A DNA stretch of 64,000 nucleotides from Chrysomallon squamiferum (GCA_012295275.1 CM022670.1:9920001-9984000); one strand, 5' to 3'; positions 15,101-29,937 are shown, counted from the first letter of the stretch. Program-made: numbers and translations. The notes: generated by a model not told the origin, from the letters alone.

Positions 15101-18100
15101 TTTTAATTTAATTGTTTATATTACTGTATTTTTTTTTTAATATGCATGATGCACCTACATAATAAGTACATTTATTATATTTTGTAAACACATTCAGAAA
15201 AAAAAAAAATAATAATAATAACTGAATTAATTAATTTTCATTAACATGTATTGACTTGAATACATGTGAATATCTTTTAAAAAAAAAATAATTACAATTA
15301 AATAAACAAATATGATAACAATTTTATTCTCATTTGAAATTTTTGAATAATGGTCTTGAGTATTAATTACTTATAATCCAGTTTTAAATGGGATCAGAAA
15401 TGCTTTTGACTTTCAGAACTGCTACTGAAATATTAATTACCTGTGAATAAATTATTTGCATACATTTGTGTCCGTACGTTTGTATGTGGTGTGAGAAAGT
15501 GGGAGAGATATTTCAATTAGTTTATTTAAATTGTTTTGCTGTTATTCTGAACATACAATGCAGCTATCCCACTGAAGACATCATGAGGGACTCCTGGCTG
15601 TTTGATCATGTGGCAATCTCAGAGAACTTGTCAAACAGTGGTCTGGACACATCTCGCCTGTCCTCACCCCTAACTCAGAAACCATTCGGAGTTGGTAAGT
15701 CATTATTGTCATCATTGACTCTGAAATTAGTTTTGATTTATTCACATGGAAACCCTTTACACAAAAGTAAAAAAAAAAACAGTTTTGTTTTTAGTTAAAT
15801 GATAATAGATACAGTATAACAGATAAATTCAGAAAGGTATGTTGTTGTTTTTTTTTTTTTTTTGTTGTTGTTTTTAATTTAAAAATACTAGGGTGACTTA
15901 TTTTAGTTCTGGAAAAATATTTTCATTCTAACTGCACATGCAAGTACAGTAAATAAAAAATTAAAAAATACTTCAGTTATGTAATCTTTGATAGACCTCT
16001 CTCTCAGCCAAAGGCTGTGACAATATCATTTCTTTTATAGAAGAATGCTAAAACTTGTCCACAGATTTCAGTATAAGAACAGTTTGACTTTAAATAGAAT
16101 GCTACATTTTGTGACAATCTGTTCACACAGAGTTTAGTCTTTTTCTAGAGTTACATAATGCATTTCTGAAACTCTTTCCATATAAATCTTGTAAATTTTC
16201 AGTGTGTGTTTTAGTCAATGAGTGAAATTTTAAACATTTCAGACACATCTGAAATAAACAGTACAAGTGATATTCAGTCGATCAACATTGAAATTGACAG
16301 CTGTGATGGCTCACCACCTTTCGGAAGGGTAAGTTGAAATGTTTTCAGTATAACTGGTGTCATGTTCTAGATGGAATATATTGAATACATTGAAATATTT
16401 TCTTGCAGGAAATAACAGTACTCATGTTATTTGCCAAGATTATTTATCTATTTCAGAATTTATTAACAGTCATAAATTTATGATGTCACACAACAAATGC
16501 AAAGAACATGGCAGCTGTTAAAATTATATTTACAAATATTTCATGATCTAAAATGTTGTTACTGTCATTAATAATTTATAATTTTTTAATTTTTTTGTAT
16601 TAGTAGTAATAGCAATAGTGGTAGCATTTTTTTTTGTGTGTGTGTGTATGTTTTTTTTGTTCTGTTTTTTTTTCTTTTCAAATTGAAATTCCTTTCCAAT
16701 TTAAGGTGTATTGTCCTTATTTTAATTTTCAAAATATATTTTAATAGTTGCCTTAAACAACATTCTCTACAATTTTTTAAAACAAAAACATTTATCTAGA
16801 ATTTTAGCTTCTTGGTTTCAGATTTTATTTTATTTTATTTTATTTTATTTTGTTATTTATTTTATTTTATTATATTTTTATTATTATTATTATTTTTTTT
16901 TTTACTATTATTTATTGTTTCTATTATTACTATTATTATTATTATTATTATTATTTTTCTTCAGAAATTTGATGAAGAGATTACAGTGGAATCATTAAAG
17001 AAGATGCTTGGTAATTAAATATTTGTCTTCAAAATATTTATTTAATTTTTATACATGCATATGTTATTAAATGCAATAAAATTTCTATTTCAAAATCATC
17101 AAAAATATGATTTCTAATGTCAAAAATCGTCTTGGTTGTATTGTTAGTCTTTATAATTCAAAATATTTCTATTACTTATCAGTTGTTGATATTTTTCTAT
17201 TTATAATTCTCTGTTACGCTATTTATAATTCTCTGTTATGCTGTTTATAATTCTTGTTACACTATTTATAATTCTCTGTTACACTGTTTATAATTCTTGT
17301 TACACTATTTATAATTCTCTGCTACACTATTTATAATTCTCTGTTACACTGTTTATAATTCTCTGATATACTATTTATAATCCTCTGTTACACTATTTAT
17401 AATCCTCTGTTACACTATTTATAATTCTCTGTTACACTGTTTATAATTCTTGTTACACTATTTATAATTCTCTGTTACACTAATTGCAATTATAATTAAA
17501 CTGTTACTGACAGCTGAGGACAGTTCTGCTGAAAGACTGGAGAAGGAAAAACGAAGGAAAGAGATTATTGATTCTTTTCGTCATGATCCCTTTGAAGAAA
17601 TCATTGCCAGAACTGAAGCTAAGGTAATGGAAGAGACAACAAATAACATGTGCACACACAGGCCCCCATGTACACATAAACTTAAAAGCTGATAGCTATT
17701 CTCATAAAAGTACTGTTTAAAAAATATATCAGTGACGTTCAGCAGGAATATTACATTAACTGCACGCAACATAATATTGTATAAGTAATAACTGTCAGAA
17801 TAAAATGTTAGGGTTTTTATGTGGGGTTTTTTCACTTTTACATACGCATCATCTTTTTAATATTGTAAACTTTACTATGGAGGTGTTTTTGTGTATTTTA
17901 ATGCATGTTTTCCAGTTGGTTTTCTGACCTGTTAAAAAAAAAAGGTGTGTGACTGTTGACTGTTGATTTGAACATTTGTACATTTTGTCAGTTTTTCTTT
18001 GATTTTTAATGATTTAAAATAAACACAAATACACACACACACACTAATATATATATATATATATATATATATTTAAAACTTTATTTTTTATTTTCCAGTC

Positions 18101-18227
18101 TAATAACTTCAGAAACAAGCTGAGTGAAATTCTCGACTCACTGGACACTCCTGACGAAATCACCACAAAGACTGCTTCATCTCCCAGCTCCTATGAAATA
18201 AAGTTTCCCGATTTATTTGTCTACTGA
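631..18227 (+). CDS. EFR3: EFR3 homolog, copy 1 (PI4KA-complex plasma-membrane scaffold); 5'-partial, 17 exons in window, one +1 frameshift at about 680
   Basis: Exons with GT-AG flanks and consistent phase: 631-772, 1221-1352, 5563-5641, 6379-6514, 7074-7202, 7603-7699, 7981-8032, 8627-8799, 9453-9528, 9862-10023, 10390-10518, 10920-10996, 15564-15694, 16243-16328, 16965-17010, 17514-17623, 18099-18227 (TGA). The translation carries EFR3 motifs: IRRAGLKGLQGVVRKT/VSDDLQVNIWDPVHMDKIVPSLLFNM, GPSVLEVFNNLLRHL, EITVESLKK and the C-terminal YEIKFPDLFVY*. The first exon is 142 nt against 141 nt in the paralog. Confidence 0.93.
1345..1838 (+). repeat. 29-bp minisatellite (ATAATATCAGGTTTAGTGTGAGTATTTAT) derived from an exon/intron donor junction
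   Basis: GTGAGT recurs at 29-nt spacing (1566, 1595, 1624, 1653, 1682), with degenerate copies on both sides. The first unit overlaps the real donor TTTAGT|GTGAGT at 1352/1353. Confidence 0.9.
4495..4598. repeat. (TG)n-(AG)n compound microsatellite
   Basis: Read directly from the sequence. Confidence 0.9.
6202..6416 (+). repeat. Degenerate tandem repeat (about 90-bp unit, 2 full copies plus a partial third) spanning an acceptor/exon junction
   Basis: CACA(A/G)TTACC...ATGTC recurs at about 6202, 6297 and 6385 (the last is the true exon). AATTCTGTTTTAAG|G occurs at 6278-6291 and 6365-6378. Confidence 0.8.
13365..13391 (+). CDS. Candidate 27-nt cassette microexon of EFR3 copy 1
   Basis: Sequence is CACCAACAG|C TTA AAA GAC TTA CAA AGC AGT GAT CT|GTAAGT. 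It is phase 2 to phase 2, matching the flanking exons at 10996 and 15564, and has no stop. Confidence 0.5.
17197..17482 (+). repeat. 22-bp minisatellite (CTATTTATAATTCTCTGTTACA), about 13 copies
   Basis: Read directly; it ends about 30 nt upstream of the acceptor AG at 17512-17513. Confidence 0.92.
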
Positions 18228-21200
18228 TAAATATAGTGGTTTATTTTTAAAAATTCAAAGCTCAAACTGTTACATTCTAGATAGATATTATGACAAAAGA
18301 TTTTCAGCTCAACTGCCGGCCACCCATATTTACAGATGTTAGCATTATTTTCTCAGTTTCCTGTTACATACGTTTGTGTTGAAAGATTTATTAAAAAACA
18401 GTTGTTGCAGGTTTGAAAGGACAATTAAATAAATGCATTGTTTATATGTGAATACGATGTTGTTTATATGGAATTTTAAGTGGATAAAACTATAGATTTT
18501 TTAATAGTTTATTGAAAACCGAAATGTCTTTAGAAAGATTTATACTAGTTGTTGATATTTGTATGGCTAATTATATACATCATGTTTTCATATTGTTTAT
18601 ATAAAAATGTTATGTAATTATTGAAAGTGTCCAGTCCAGATACAATTCTGTGTGATTAGGTATGTCCTGTTTTTGTATTACTGTTTCTCAAATTGTATTG
18701 CTTTAGGGCATAATCTAGATATCCTAGGTAACCTGTGAAATTGATTTTTCTGGCCCTTTTTAATTGTATTTCAAGTAATTATGGTTATTGTTACTAAAAT
18801 ATAAAAAAGTAAATTATTATTGAAAAGACATAATTGTTGTCTTCATCAAATTTAAAATTTCTGATTTTGTTCAATGCCTTTATGTTTTTATTGTTCTTAT
18901 GTTCAAAGTTTTTATCATTTTACGATGATTATATTATCAAAATCCCTTAAAAACCATCTGTTTTTGTTTTGTGATTATAAATTTAATTTTTTTTTTAATT
19001 CTTATTAGATCAAATTATTTCACATAATTTTAGCATTTAGAAATGCTAAATTGATCAAAACCATTCAAAAAAACCATTAATTTTTTGTTTGTTAAATATT
19101 CAGACCTTTTTACTGTGTTTTTACAAAGCTTATTCAAGAATTTTATTTATTTATCATTATATACCAAAATTCCTACAAAACCATGTCCAAAATTTTCCTC
19201 CACAATGTTTAAAAATTTAAATGTATTAATATGTTTACCCTTATTCAGTATGTTTAGTATTTACCAAAACCAAAACATCATTAAATTACCCCATTGATTT
19301 ATTGTAATTTATTTTGCTTACCAAGATAGGTAGATTCTCTTTATGATATCCCCAAAATATGTTTACTACTTAATTTGTTTTAATACATATTTCTTACCTA
19401 GTCATAAACAAACCGTTAAGTGTTCTTTTTTTTTGATATTTTTATCTAGTACAGGTATTAAACCATTTATCTGGCAAGCTCTGGACCAGATTTCAGGCAA
19501 CGTACTAAGTTTTTATTTAAAATGTAAAGAAAACAGTGAAAAGTAAAGAATGAAAATGTGTATTTAATATATTAATATTCATCTAAAGCAGTGTCTCTTT
19601 GATCTTTGTTAATTCACTTAAAATACCTCTCTGCAGAATTTGCTTTTCACTAGCAAGTTGTGTTTTTTGCTAGTATTTTAGACTTTCAGATAATAAATGA
19701 AAATGAAAGTAAACTGAAGAAAATAATAACCTATTGTGAAAGGATCATCTATACACAACAACGCTCTCACTTAGAACTGGCATCATGGAACTAAAAGTAG
19801 CCTGTTTAAAAAAATAGTCTGTTTTCTGGATATTCTGTATTTCTGGAAGCCAGTAAAATGGTTAAGTACCTGTATTTTATTATTATTTTTTTTTTATAGT
19901 CCCTATATACATTAATACTTTCTTATATAAATCCACATACACCACCCAAAGAAGTTCAGATCTATATGTATGTTTTTGCAAAACTACCATTATCTGTCAT
20001 TCATTTAGTGCATTTTGTAAATTATTTCATTAATTTTTCTGATGTCATAGTTCTGTTGGTATACATTAATATTTAGGAAGATATTTAAGAAATTTTTTGC
20101 AATATTTAGAAAAAAAAGATGGATAATCTTTTTTCCTTTTTTGTATCTTTACAATCAAAACCTAAATTCATCAGAATAGTATGGAAATTATAATAAATCA
20201 GAGTAATTTATTTTGTAATGGTATAAATGACCTAAGTTTGTTTTAGAAATTGACTATTTATTGTTTTATATATCAGAAACTTTTGTAATCAACTATGGTT
20301 GACATTTTCTATCACCATAACATTGATGTATAAAAATAATAATATTAATAATAATAAAAAAAAAACTTATTGTGTAGTTTATTGTTTAATATTTATATAA
20401 AAACTATCTTGAATTAAAATTTAACAATTCACAATATACACATAATAAACTGATTTGTACATTTATATCCCTACCATTATTATATATATATATTTTTTTT
20501 TTTATATTTATTTCTAGTAACCAGAGCATGTTTTTCCATTTAACAGACATTAAAATCAAAACAAACCCAGAACTATTTCAGGTTTATTGTCTTTATGTTA
20601 CTCTGACATTTAAATGAACCAAAGCATGAATCTAGATGCTATTAATCTTGAAGAAAAGACCACAAAATACTTAACAGTATTAAATTTCTTTCTGTTGTTT
20701 TTTATACATGGTGTTGGTACGAAACATTTTAATCACCTCTTCTTAAATTTTATTTTCTTGTAAATCTTTCGTAAATTTTATTTTCTTGTAAATCTTTAAT
20801 TCGTAAATTATTTTTTCTATTTTCAGGGATTTAGAATATTACTTTTTTTCTTTTTTTTTGTACTTATGTGGCATTAAAATCATTTAATTTTTAAAAGAAC
20901 AATAGCTAGCATTTTTCCACTTTTATACTTTTAGGAAATATTTCATTTTGAGCTTGTAATGATTTCCATAATAATTAATAGGCAGCATATTCTTGATTTA
21001 TAAACCTATTTATTACACATAATTTCACAGATTATTTATTTACTTTGCTTTTTCCCATGCACATATGTATACATTTGGACATTGAACCTGTGTGGTTTAC
21101 TAACTGAATATTGTTTTTCTTGTAAGTGATGTTTATATTAAGTGTGTAAAAAAAAATAATACTAACTAAATTCCTTATTTACAGTTAAAAGTTTACTGGT

Positions 21201-21667
21201 ATGTGTTAGACCATTCTGGTGGATCTTACCAATAATTTAATCACAAATATATATATATATTTTTTTTTTTTTTCTTGGATTATTCTGTTTCTCAATCCTT
21301 TGGTGATATGGCATATATCGTTTGTACATAAGCAGATCCAGTATTTCAGAAAACAATAGCATGATTAGTTGGGCAGATCAACTTTTGTAGATGAAACAAA
21401 TCATAAAAAAAAAAAACAGTAATGAATTTGGAAGTGTTGAGTATTCCCCTCATAGATTGATATCAGTTTAATTGTGCAAGAAGTTTCAGATTTATAGAAA
21501 TATATAAGTAATTATCTCTTGAAAAACAGTTTTAGACAACCTCTTGCTACATCATCATGTTTATAATTAACATCACATGCATGAAAAATGTATTATAAAA
21601 CCTCTGTAGAAAGATGTATATTTAGTTCATATTTATGTCTCTTGTGTATGTTTTATTATATATTTGT

Positions 21668-21727
<60 letters not shown>

Positions 21728-21745
21728 ATTATTATTATTATTATG
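21668..21745. repeat. (GAT)n-(ATT)n microsatellite
   Basis: Read directly from the sequence. Confidence 0.9.
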
Positions 21746-22989
21746 TGGTCTCAGACACTGTTGAAGTATAATCATGACATGAAATACCTTACTGGTTGTA
21801 ACAACAAACAATGACAAGTTTAGATGTGATTTGGATTTTATTTGTTATTACAAGATTTCAGTCTCATGATTATGTTAGATTAAGCATGAAAATTAATAAT
21901 CTTTTCCAGTGAGGGATTTGTATTTGGTGGAAATAATCAAGGATTTAATGATAATTATTAAAATGCTGTAATGAAAAGCACTTGTTGAAGTGGAATAATT
22001 TTTTATTTTTTAATGTTTTAATTTTTGGTTTTTTTACTTTTTTTTTTTTTTTTTTCACCAAATAAATCTAATAAAGCCAAATATGCAATAATACCAAATG
22101 CAGAAATTACCAGATTAATTCATTTTGTATTGTAATTATTCTTAATTTGATTAAGATTTTTTTTTTTTTTTTTTTTTTTTGTTGTGATACACTAGTAAAC
22201 TTTGGTTGTTTTTGCTTATTGCTGATTTGTTTATCCTCTTTTGCATACCAAGTAGCTAAAAAAGTTACATCCATAATGTTGGTAATAAATTTCTAAGATC
22301 TCAGTTATTTTGTTTTTATGATTTAAAAATATATTTCTCAGTGTTGTAAGAGTTTTTGCTCCTGCAGTGTTTTCTCTGGACAGTTAAATTAATTATAGGT
22401 TTGCATTACAAAACAGCAAATTTTCAACCTATTTTCTTATTTTTTTTAGGACATCTTTCAAAAAAAAAAAAAAAAAAAAAAATATAAACTCTGCACTTGT
22501 ACTGAATTTTAATTTAACAATGTAATAATACCTTTTAATTATGGGTTATTTAGATGCAGTATTTTTATTTATTTATTTAATATTATTATTGTTGTTATTT
22601 ATTATTTTTTATTTATTTTGTGATAATGATGTGAAAGGAAAAACTGATGTTATCCCCTGGGATATTTTTTATAATGTAGCAGCAAATTATATTTTTTATG
22701 TACCTTCTCACTGACAGTAAGGCTTTCTCAGTTTGCTTGGTGGGACAATTTATTTCTTAAACATTTAAATAATTATGTTTCCTTAATTACCTCATTTAAA
22801 TCTGTTCATTTTCTAAACTCACTTCATTAAATATAACTGGTACTAATTTGTGCTGTAGGTAGATATACATATATATATATTTTTTTTTTTTTTTAAATGT
22901 TAACATCAGAAATCAAAATGTTTATTAAATTACATCTGTAAGTAAAACAGAATGTCTGTTGTTTATCAAATATTTATAAACAAAAATAA

Positions 22990-23022
<33 letters not shown>

Positions 23023-23090
23023 TCCACAATGATGAAATCCTATTGTTTTTTTAATATATATATATTTTTTTTTTTTGAAAGATGGTGCTT

Positions 23091-26000
23091 TCAGTATACA
23101 AAGAAATCAGGAAATTTTATTTCACATTTCTCTGGAGGGGTCTGCAAAGGCTGAGAGGCAGGTGTGTCCAGTTTTTCAAGAATGTCCAGTATCACCTTTC
23201 TAGAGGTTGACTGAAAATGAAAAAAAAAATTTTTTTTTAAGTATTAGTGAAATATTTTTGATAGCTAATTAATTAATAGCAGTGCTGTAAAATCTATTCA
23301 ATTCTTATTAAGAATCATATTAAATCCGAATCTTGCTTGTGTGAAATGAAAAACAATTAAATCCCTGATTTTGCTTGTGCAAAACCAAATAATCCCAATC
23401 TTTTTTTCTGGATAGAATAAAATAAAGAGATTAAAAACTGATTAATATCACACTGCACATGAGCTAAGAAATAATATTCTTAATAATATGGAAATAATAT
23501 TCCAACACACATTTTATTTTTTTATAAAAAAAAATTCAAATTATTTCTGTATAATAAGTGGAATATCAATGAATTCATTTATAAGATTTCTGAGAATCCA
23601 TCATTATGATTCTTTTTCAAATTTATCAGTAGGGGATATTTTATATGCACCTTCCTACATAGGAAAGTAAACACACTGCTTTTTTTTTTTTTTTTTTTTT
23701 TTGCTTTTTGTTTTAATTGTTTTTATAAAACAGTAATGGGACAAGCAATAGCAAAATGGCAGAATTTTGAAGTATTGAGCCATCAAACAATCATGTCGCA
23801 GGTTTGTGACATAATAGCAAAATGGGATCAACATTCAAGGTTTACATTCAAACACACAATGATTTGTTTTTCAATTTCTGAAGTATATGCTTTTATCTGG
23901 TCACAAGGCCAAATGTAAGTTTTATTCATTTAAACTTAACAAGGTTATGATGATTTATTCCTACAAAGTGTGAATTTGTGAAATATTTACTAAATATACC
24001 TTTGCTTCCACCTTGGCAACAATCACATCAAAGGGATCATTTCTAAAAGAATTAATAATCTCTTTTTGCTTTTTCTGCATTTCTTTTTTGTCATTACTGT
24101 CGTCTGAATCTGAATATATTGTAAAATAAATAATTAAATACCTCATTTGTTTTGCTTCACATATCAGTTACAAAGAATAATGTTTTATTTTTCTTTTAAA
24201 TTTAGATTTAAAATATTTATAGAAATAAAAAATAGGAAGAAATAAAATCTAAAGAAAAAGAAAAATCTTTTTAAATGTTTTGGTAAATGATCCAGTTTTT
24301 AAGAAAAGATCTCAAAATATCAGTTATGAAGAGTGGCATTTTATTAAATTTTTTAAATTTAAAATAATATTTATATTAATTTAAAAAATAATAATAAAAA
24401 AATTAAAAATCTAAAACAGAATATTTAATATTTCTTTTAATAAATTTATTTAAAATAATTTTTTTTTTGAAGCTATTACAATTTATATTGCACAGTATAA
24501 CAGATTCAGTATTTAAAAGAAATATATATTATGTTAATTAAATAAACAAAAAGCATAATTACCAAGCATTCTCTTTAATGATTCCACTGTTATTTCACTG
24601 TCAAGCTATTGAAATAAAAGAAAAGTAAATAAAATTATATTGATAAAAGCATGGTTTATTAACTTTTGAAATAAAATATTAAAAAACAATATCTATTTGT
24701 GATTCATTTCTGTTACAGATTCAGCAATGAAATACAAGAAAAAATCCTTTTGGTCACATAATACATATAATTATATTCTTACCTAATATGTGTATCAAAT
24801 ATGAATCAGTGACTCAAAACCTTATATAAATAAATTCAAAACTGTGTATATAGATTTACATTGTTAAGTATCTCCTGACAGTGAAGCCTGTATGTTTCAT
24901 CAGCTTTTTTCAGTGAGTGTGTGTGTGTGTGTGTGTGTTTGACTCAACCCTGAAATACACAACTGTTAAAAAATGTATGAAAAAAACCACCACTGCATGC
25001 AAAAATGATCTTTCATGTGCACTGGCATGAATGTGCCCACCTAATGTGACCTTCTCTTCCCAGTTACAGAGACCTCACCACATGATAAACACACATTCAG
25101 TGTTTCTGTAGTCAAATTTAGATAAAATTAGTCGATATCAAAAAACAAATAAAAGGGTGTGTATTTAATACTTACAATTCTTGCACCTGGAGACTGTTCA
25201 TTACTGTCTCCTTCTGATGCAATGGAACGAACATCCAGATTGGTGTCTGCATCCAGTGTATCTGTAGAAGAAATATTTCAATGCTTGTAAACACTTGGTG
25301 ATTAAGAATTCATTACCATTTGGCTGTAATTAACTTTGGACATCTTTAACCATTCAAAAACAAATTATTATTTTATTATTGATGTTATTATTTTTTTAAA
25401 AACTCTTGAGACAATATTCCTGTATATTAAACAGTAAGTGTATCTGTTGTGATAATAAGAATGCATGAAGATACACTGTTAATTAAAAAAATCCCGACAG
25501 ACTGAAGATGCAATGAATCTGCAGTGGTTTTCTCTATCATGATTTTTATTATATTTTATTTCATTTTATATTTTATTTATTTTTTATATTTTTTGGAAAT
25601 GGAAAGTGGATTAGAATATACATTTTATTTTGAAGGGGGTTTTGATTTTTTTTTGATTTTTATTTTTTTTTTTCAAATTCTAATTTTCAAAAAAAACTTG
25701 ATACACATTCTCTCACAAACCCCCACATATTTTTAAGCATTTATTGCAGGATTAAAACAAAATAAAATTGCTGAAAATTAGAACTAAATTAAATGGTTAA
25801 TGTTGAAATCATTATAAAATTGTCTAATTTAAATCTGTAAATTAATCCTAATGACTTTCTGGACCTAATGACTTTCAAGTTGTTTTGTAACAGAAGATCG
25901 CAAAAAGCGGAAACTCTGATTTGAACACAACGTTGCTCGTACCTAGACAGCGTGGTTTCTCGGTCAGTGGTAACAACAAGCGTGATGTGTCGCTGCCACT

Positions 26001-27074
26001 CGCTGACAACGTTATGGTGAACGTTTCCTGATCAAACAACCAGTTTTCATTCACGAACTCGTCTGGTGGATTACTAGTGGTTAAAAAAGAAAAAAAGAAA
26101 AGAAGAAAGAAAGAAAAAAAAAGGACCAGATTATTAACAGAAACAGTATTGAAAACTTATGGTTCAGACATAATGCACTAGCCTGTGACACAAATGGTCA
26201 AGAGATTGATCCTTTTAGTTTTTTATGCTCATATACCTCATTTTCCCATTCTAACTGATATCCCATGACTGGTTATGCAATTCTTCCTTATTCTACCTCA
26301 CCCACTGTGATAAATGAAAAACTAACAATAAAGTCAGAATGTTCTTTTCTTTTCCTTTACATTTTGATGATGGCCCTTATTTTTTAAATCATCCTATTGT
26401 AATATTTAAAATATTTTTAATATTTAGTAATTATGTAATTAATATTACTGTTATTATTATTATTATTATTATTATTAATAATATTTATTAATACTATAAT
26501 TAATATTACTGTTACTAATATTATTTATTTATTTAGTTTTTTACCTGTTGATATTGTTTTTTCTGTTGAAAGCAAATTCCGGCAACAAATGAGGTGCTTT
26601 GTGTTCTCTTATGTTTATCACCTGTCAACAAGTACAAGCCTTTGTTTTAAGCATTTTTTTATTCATTTCTATCTACATTTATATTTAAATTTATCTATAT
26701 GTACATGTGTGCATGAGTGTCTTTTTACCCATCTCTATTTATGTAGGCCTATGTATGTATGTATGTATGTATGTATGTATATATATGAATAAATGTGTTA
26801 GATGTAACCCTTTCAAGACAATTACAACTCTTCTTTCAGCAAATCTAATCATATTTTAATGAGCTATTTTTTATGTTTGTATCAAAAAAAAAAAATTATA
26901 TCAAGCCTTTCCTAAATACATCTTAATTATCAAATGAAAGGCTAAGAAAGAGTTATCCCATATTGTGAAGAAATGTAAAAATTCATTTTGTATCATAGTG
27001 ATATATAATATTTCTTTGTCTTCTTTTTTCTTTTCTTTTCTTTCTTTTTTCTTTCTTTATTTCTTTCTTTTTTT

Positions 27075-27125
<51 letters not shown>

Positions 27126-28861
27126 TTTTAATTATTTATTTATTTTATTTATTTAGTTGTTTTATTACATTATTGGTTTTTTTTGTTACTGTTATGGGTT
27201 TTTTTTTGTTGTTTTTTTGTGATTATTGTTATTATTATTATTTTTTTATTTTATTTATTATTATTTTTTTTTTAAATGTCAAATATAATAACATGAAATG
27301 AATGGATGTTTAATGAGACAATGCCAGAAAAAAAAAAAATTTTTTTCAAAAATGTATAAAAAAACAGTGTAAAGATCTGTGTAAAATGTACGTATTACAT
27401 ACAATTGAAAGTTAAAAACAATTTTTTGTGTTAACTCTTACATTGTAGACACTCAGGCTGAAATCAGCAAGATGTGCGAGCTGACCAATGAGATTGAGGT
27501 ATGCTGCAACAATGCTGTGAATAGCACATCTGTGACTCAAAGACAGCTCAGTATCACTGACAGCAAGTAGCTACAAATACAACAAGAAACTTTAGTATGT
27601 GCCTACCCATAGACAGCAAAGAAGACACAAGTTTTTTGGTGTTTTTGTTTAATTATTATTTATTTATTTATTATTTGATCATAAATTACAAGTTAAAATT
27701 TACATTTTTTATAAATAAATTTAGCTGATTACACTAAGAAATGATACTCGTTTTACTGATCAAAAATATACATGAACACACAAACACATACAAACACACA
27801 CACTCACACACACAGAGATAATAATTTTGTTTCAATATTGTTTTGCTAATGTGAAAAAAAAGCATTCATAAAATTAAATTTTTTAGATTGTGAACAAATC
27901 TTAATATAATATTAACTGAACATTTTAGCTGATGAACAAACCTGAAAATCGAGAGAGAGTCGAATCAGCTCAATTATCATATCTTCTTCTCCCATCTCAA
28001 TATAAATGAGAGCCATGGTACAATAGAGAGATTCGTAATTATCCAAAGTGTTGGTGTGCATCTTCATATTTTCATACAGAAACCAAAAGAATTCTGTTGT
28101 GTGCTGGGTTTTTTTAAATAAATAAATAATATATATATATTATAAATGGTTTGTAGATTGTTATTTAATAATACATACATAAGAACACACACATTCCATT
28201 CATATATATATATATATATAAAACATACAAATGTACAAATACACATACTAGAATTCATGCATACATACATGCATACATATAAGCAAACACACAGAGAGAC
28301 ACACCTGCACACATACAAATGCATATACACACACACAGAAATAAACTGGTGTAAATAGTTTCATAACAGAAATCTCTATACACAGAGTTTACTTCATTAT
28401 AAAAACCCACTTTTACATTAGGAGGTTTACAGACTGTTGTATATATACTGTTTTTTTTCTCTTACTGTACTGAGTCTAGAAAGAAAAATTGCTCTATGGA
28501 TAGCCACAGAAATAATTCTAATACATCATGATTGCTTTTCTAACTAGCGATCAAGAACAGTTCTTTGTTTATTTGTCTGATGATGTATTTGATGTATGTA
28601 ATGTAGCCAAATCTAGAAAACTAGATATGCTAAATATTAAAATAATAAACCAATATACTAAACATATATGTGACTACAGGAGTCTCACCTTTTTCATAAA
28701 AAGTATGTCCTGTCTTGAACATTTTTCTACTTTTAAGTTCATTCCATTTACATTTTTTGGAATGCTAAAAATAATTACAACTGATTTTTTATGGCTTATT
28801 TTTTTAATTTTTAATTTTCTTAAAATGTTTTGTTTCTTTTTAAAATGTATTTTATATTGTT

Positions 28862-28893
<32 letters not shown>

Positions 28894-29937
28894 TTATTTA
28901 TTATCATTTTGAAAATTTGTTCCTTAAAAATTATTTATAATGTGTTTATTAACATTATGCAGTTATTATTGTTACTATAAAATTCAGAACCACATGGAAC
29001 ACACTGATTATTTTTATAAAAAAATATATCAGAATATGACAGCAGTTAAGAGGCATAGAAGCTCCAAGGCACTTAAACATGAAAATAATTATAATAATTA
29101 AGAAACACAAAATGTTAATAATGATAATGATACTAGACAATCTGTTTATTATAAAAACCTTAAATTTAATCACTTAATAAATGTATTTATTAAATTATTA
29201 CTTACTTATTGCTGTTCTATTATTATTATTTTTATTAATATGTTCATTATTGTTGTTATATATGATGCTGTTATTGTTATAACCATTGTAGTAATTATTT
29301 ATTTTATTATTTTATTACAATAATTATTATTACATATCATTATCATCATTAACATTTTCTTATTAATTATTACAATTATTTTTATTATGTATTATTATTA
29401 TCATCATCACCATCATCATTTATATTTATTTTTTAGTATATATTATCATTATCATCATCACTGGGATTTTCTTCGTTATTAAATTTATTTTTTATTTTAT
29501 ATTATCATTATCATCATCAAAAGGCTTTTCTTCTTAATTATTATAATTATATTTCATTATATATTATCATTATCATCATCATTATTAGTATTTTCTTCAC
29601 AACTATTAACATTATTTTCTAGTGTTCCTATCATTCACTTGTGATTCCTACTGTGTTTTGATAATTTTCTACTAACATAACTTGTTTAAGTTTATCCGAG
29701 TTTCCGTGTCTGTCTATCAGCGTCTGAAATATTTTCTGTACAATAATCCTCATACTGGCATTGCACATCTGAGACAGTTGCAGGAGGGGGTGCAGGAACT
29801 CGTGAGGAAAAGCATTCTGCATGACAACCGTTTTGTATGTGATGGCCACCTGTAAACCACAAATATTAATAATAAATAACATACAAGCTAAATAAATAAT
29901 ATGTGTGCATAAACATGGATGATTTACTGCCAGATAA

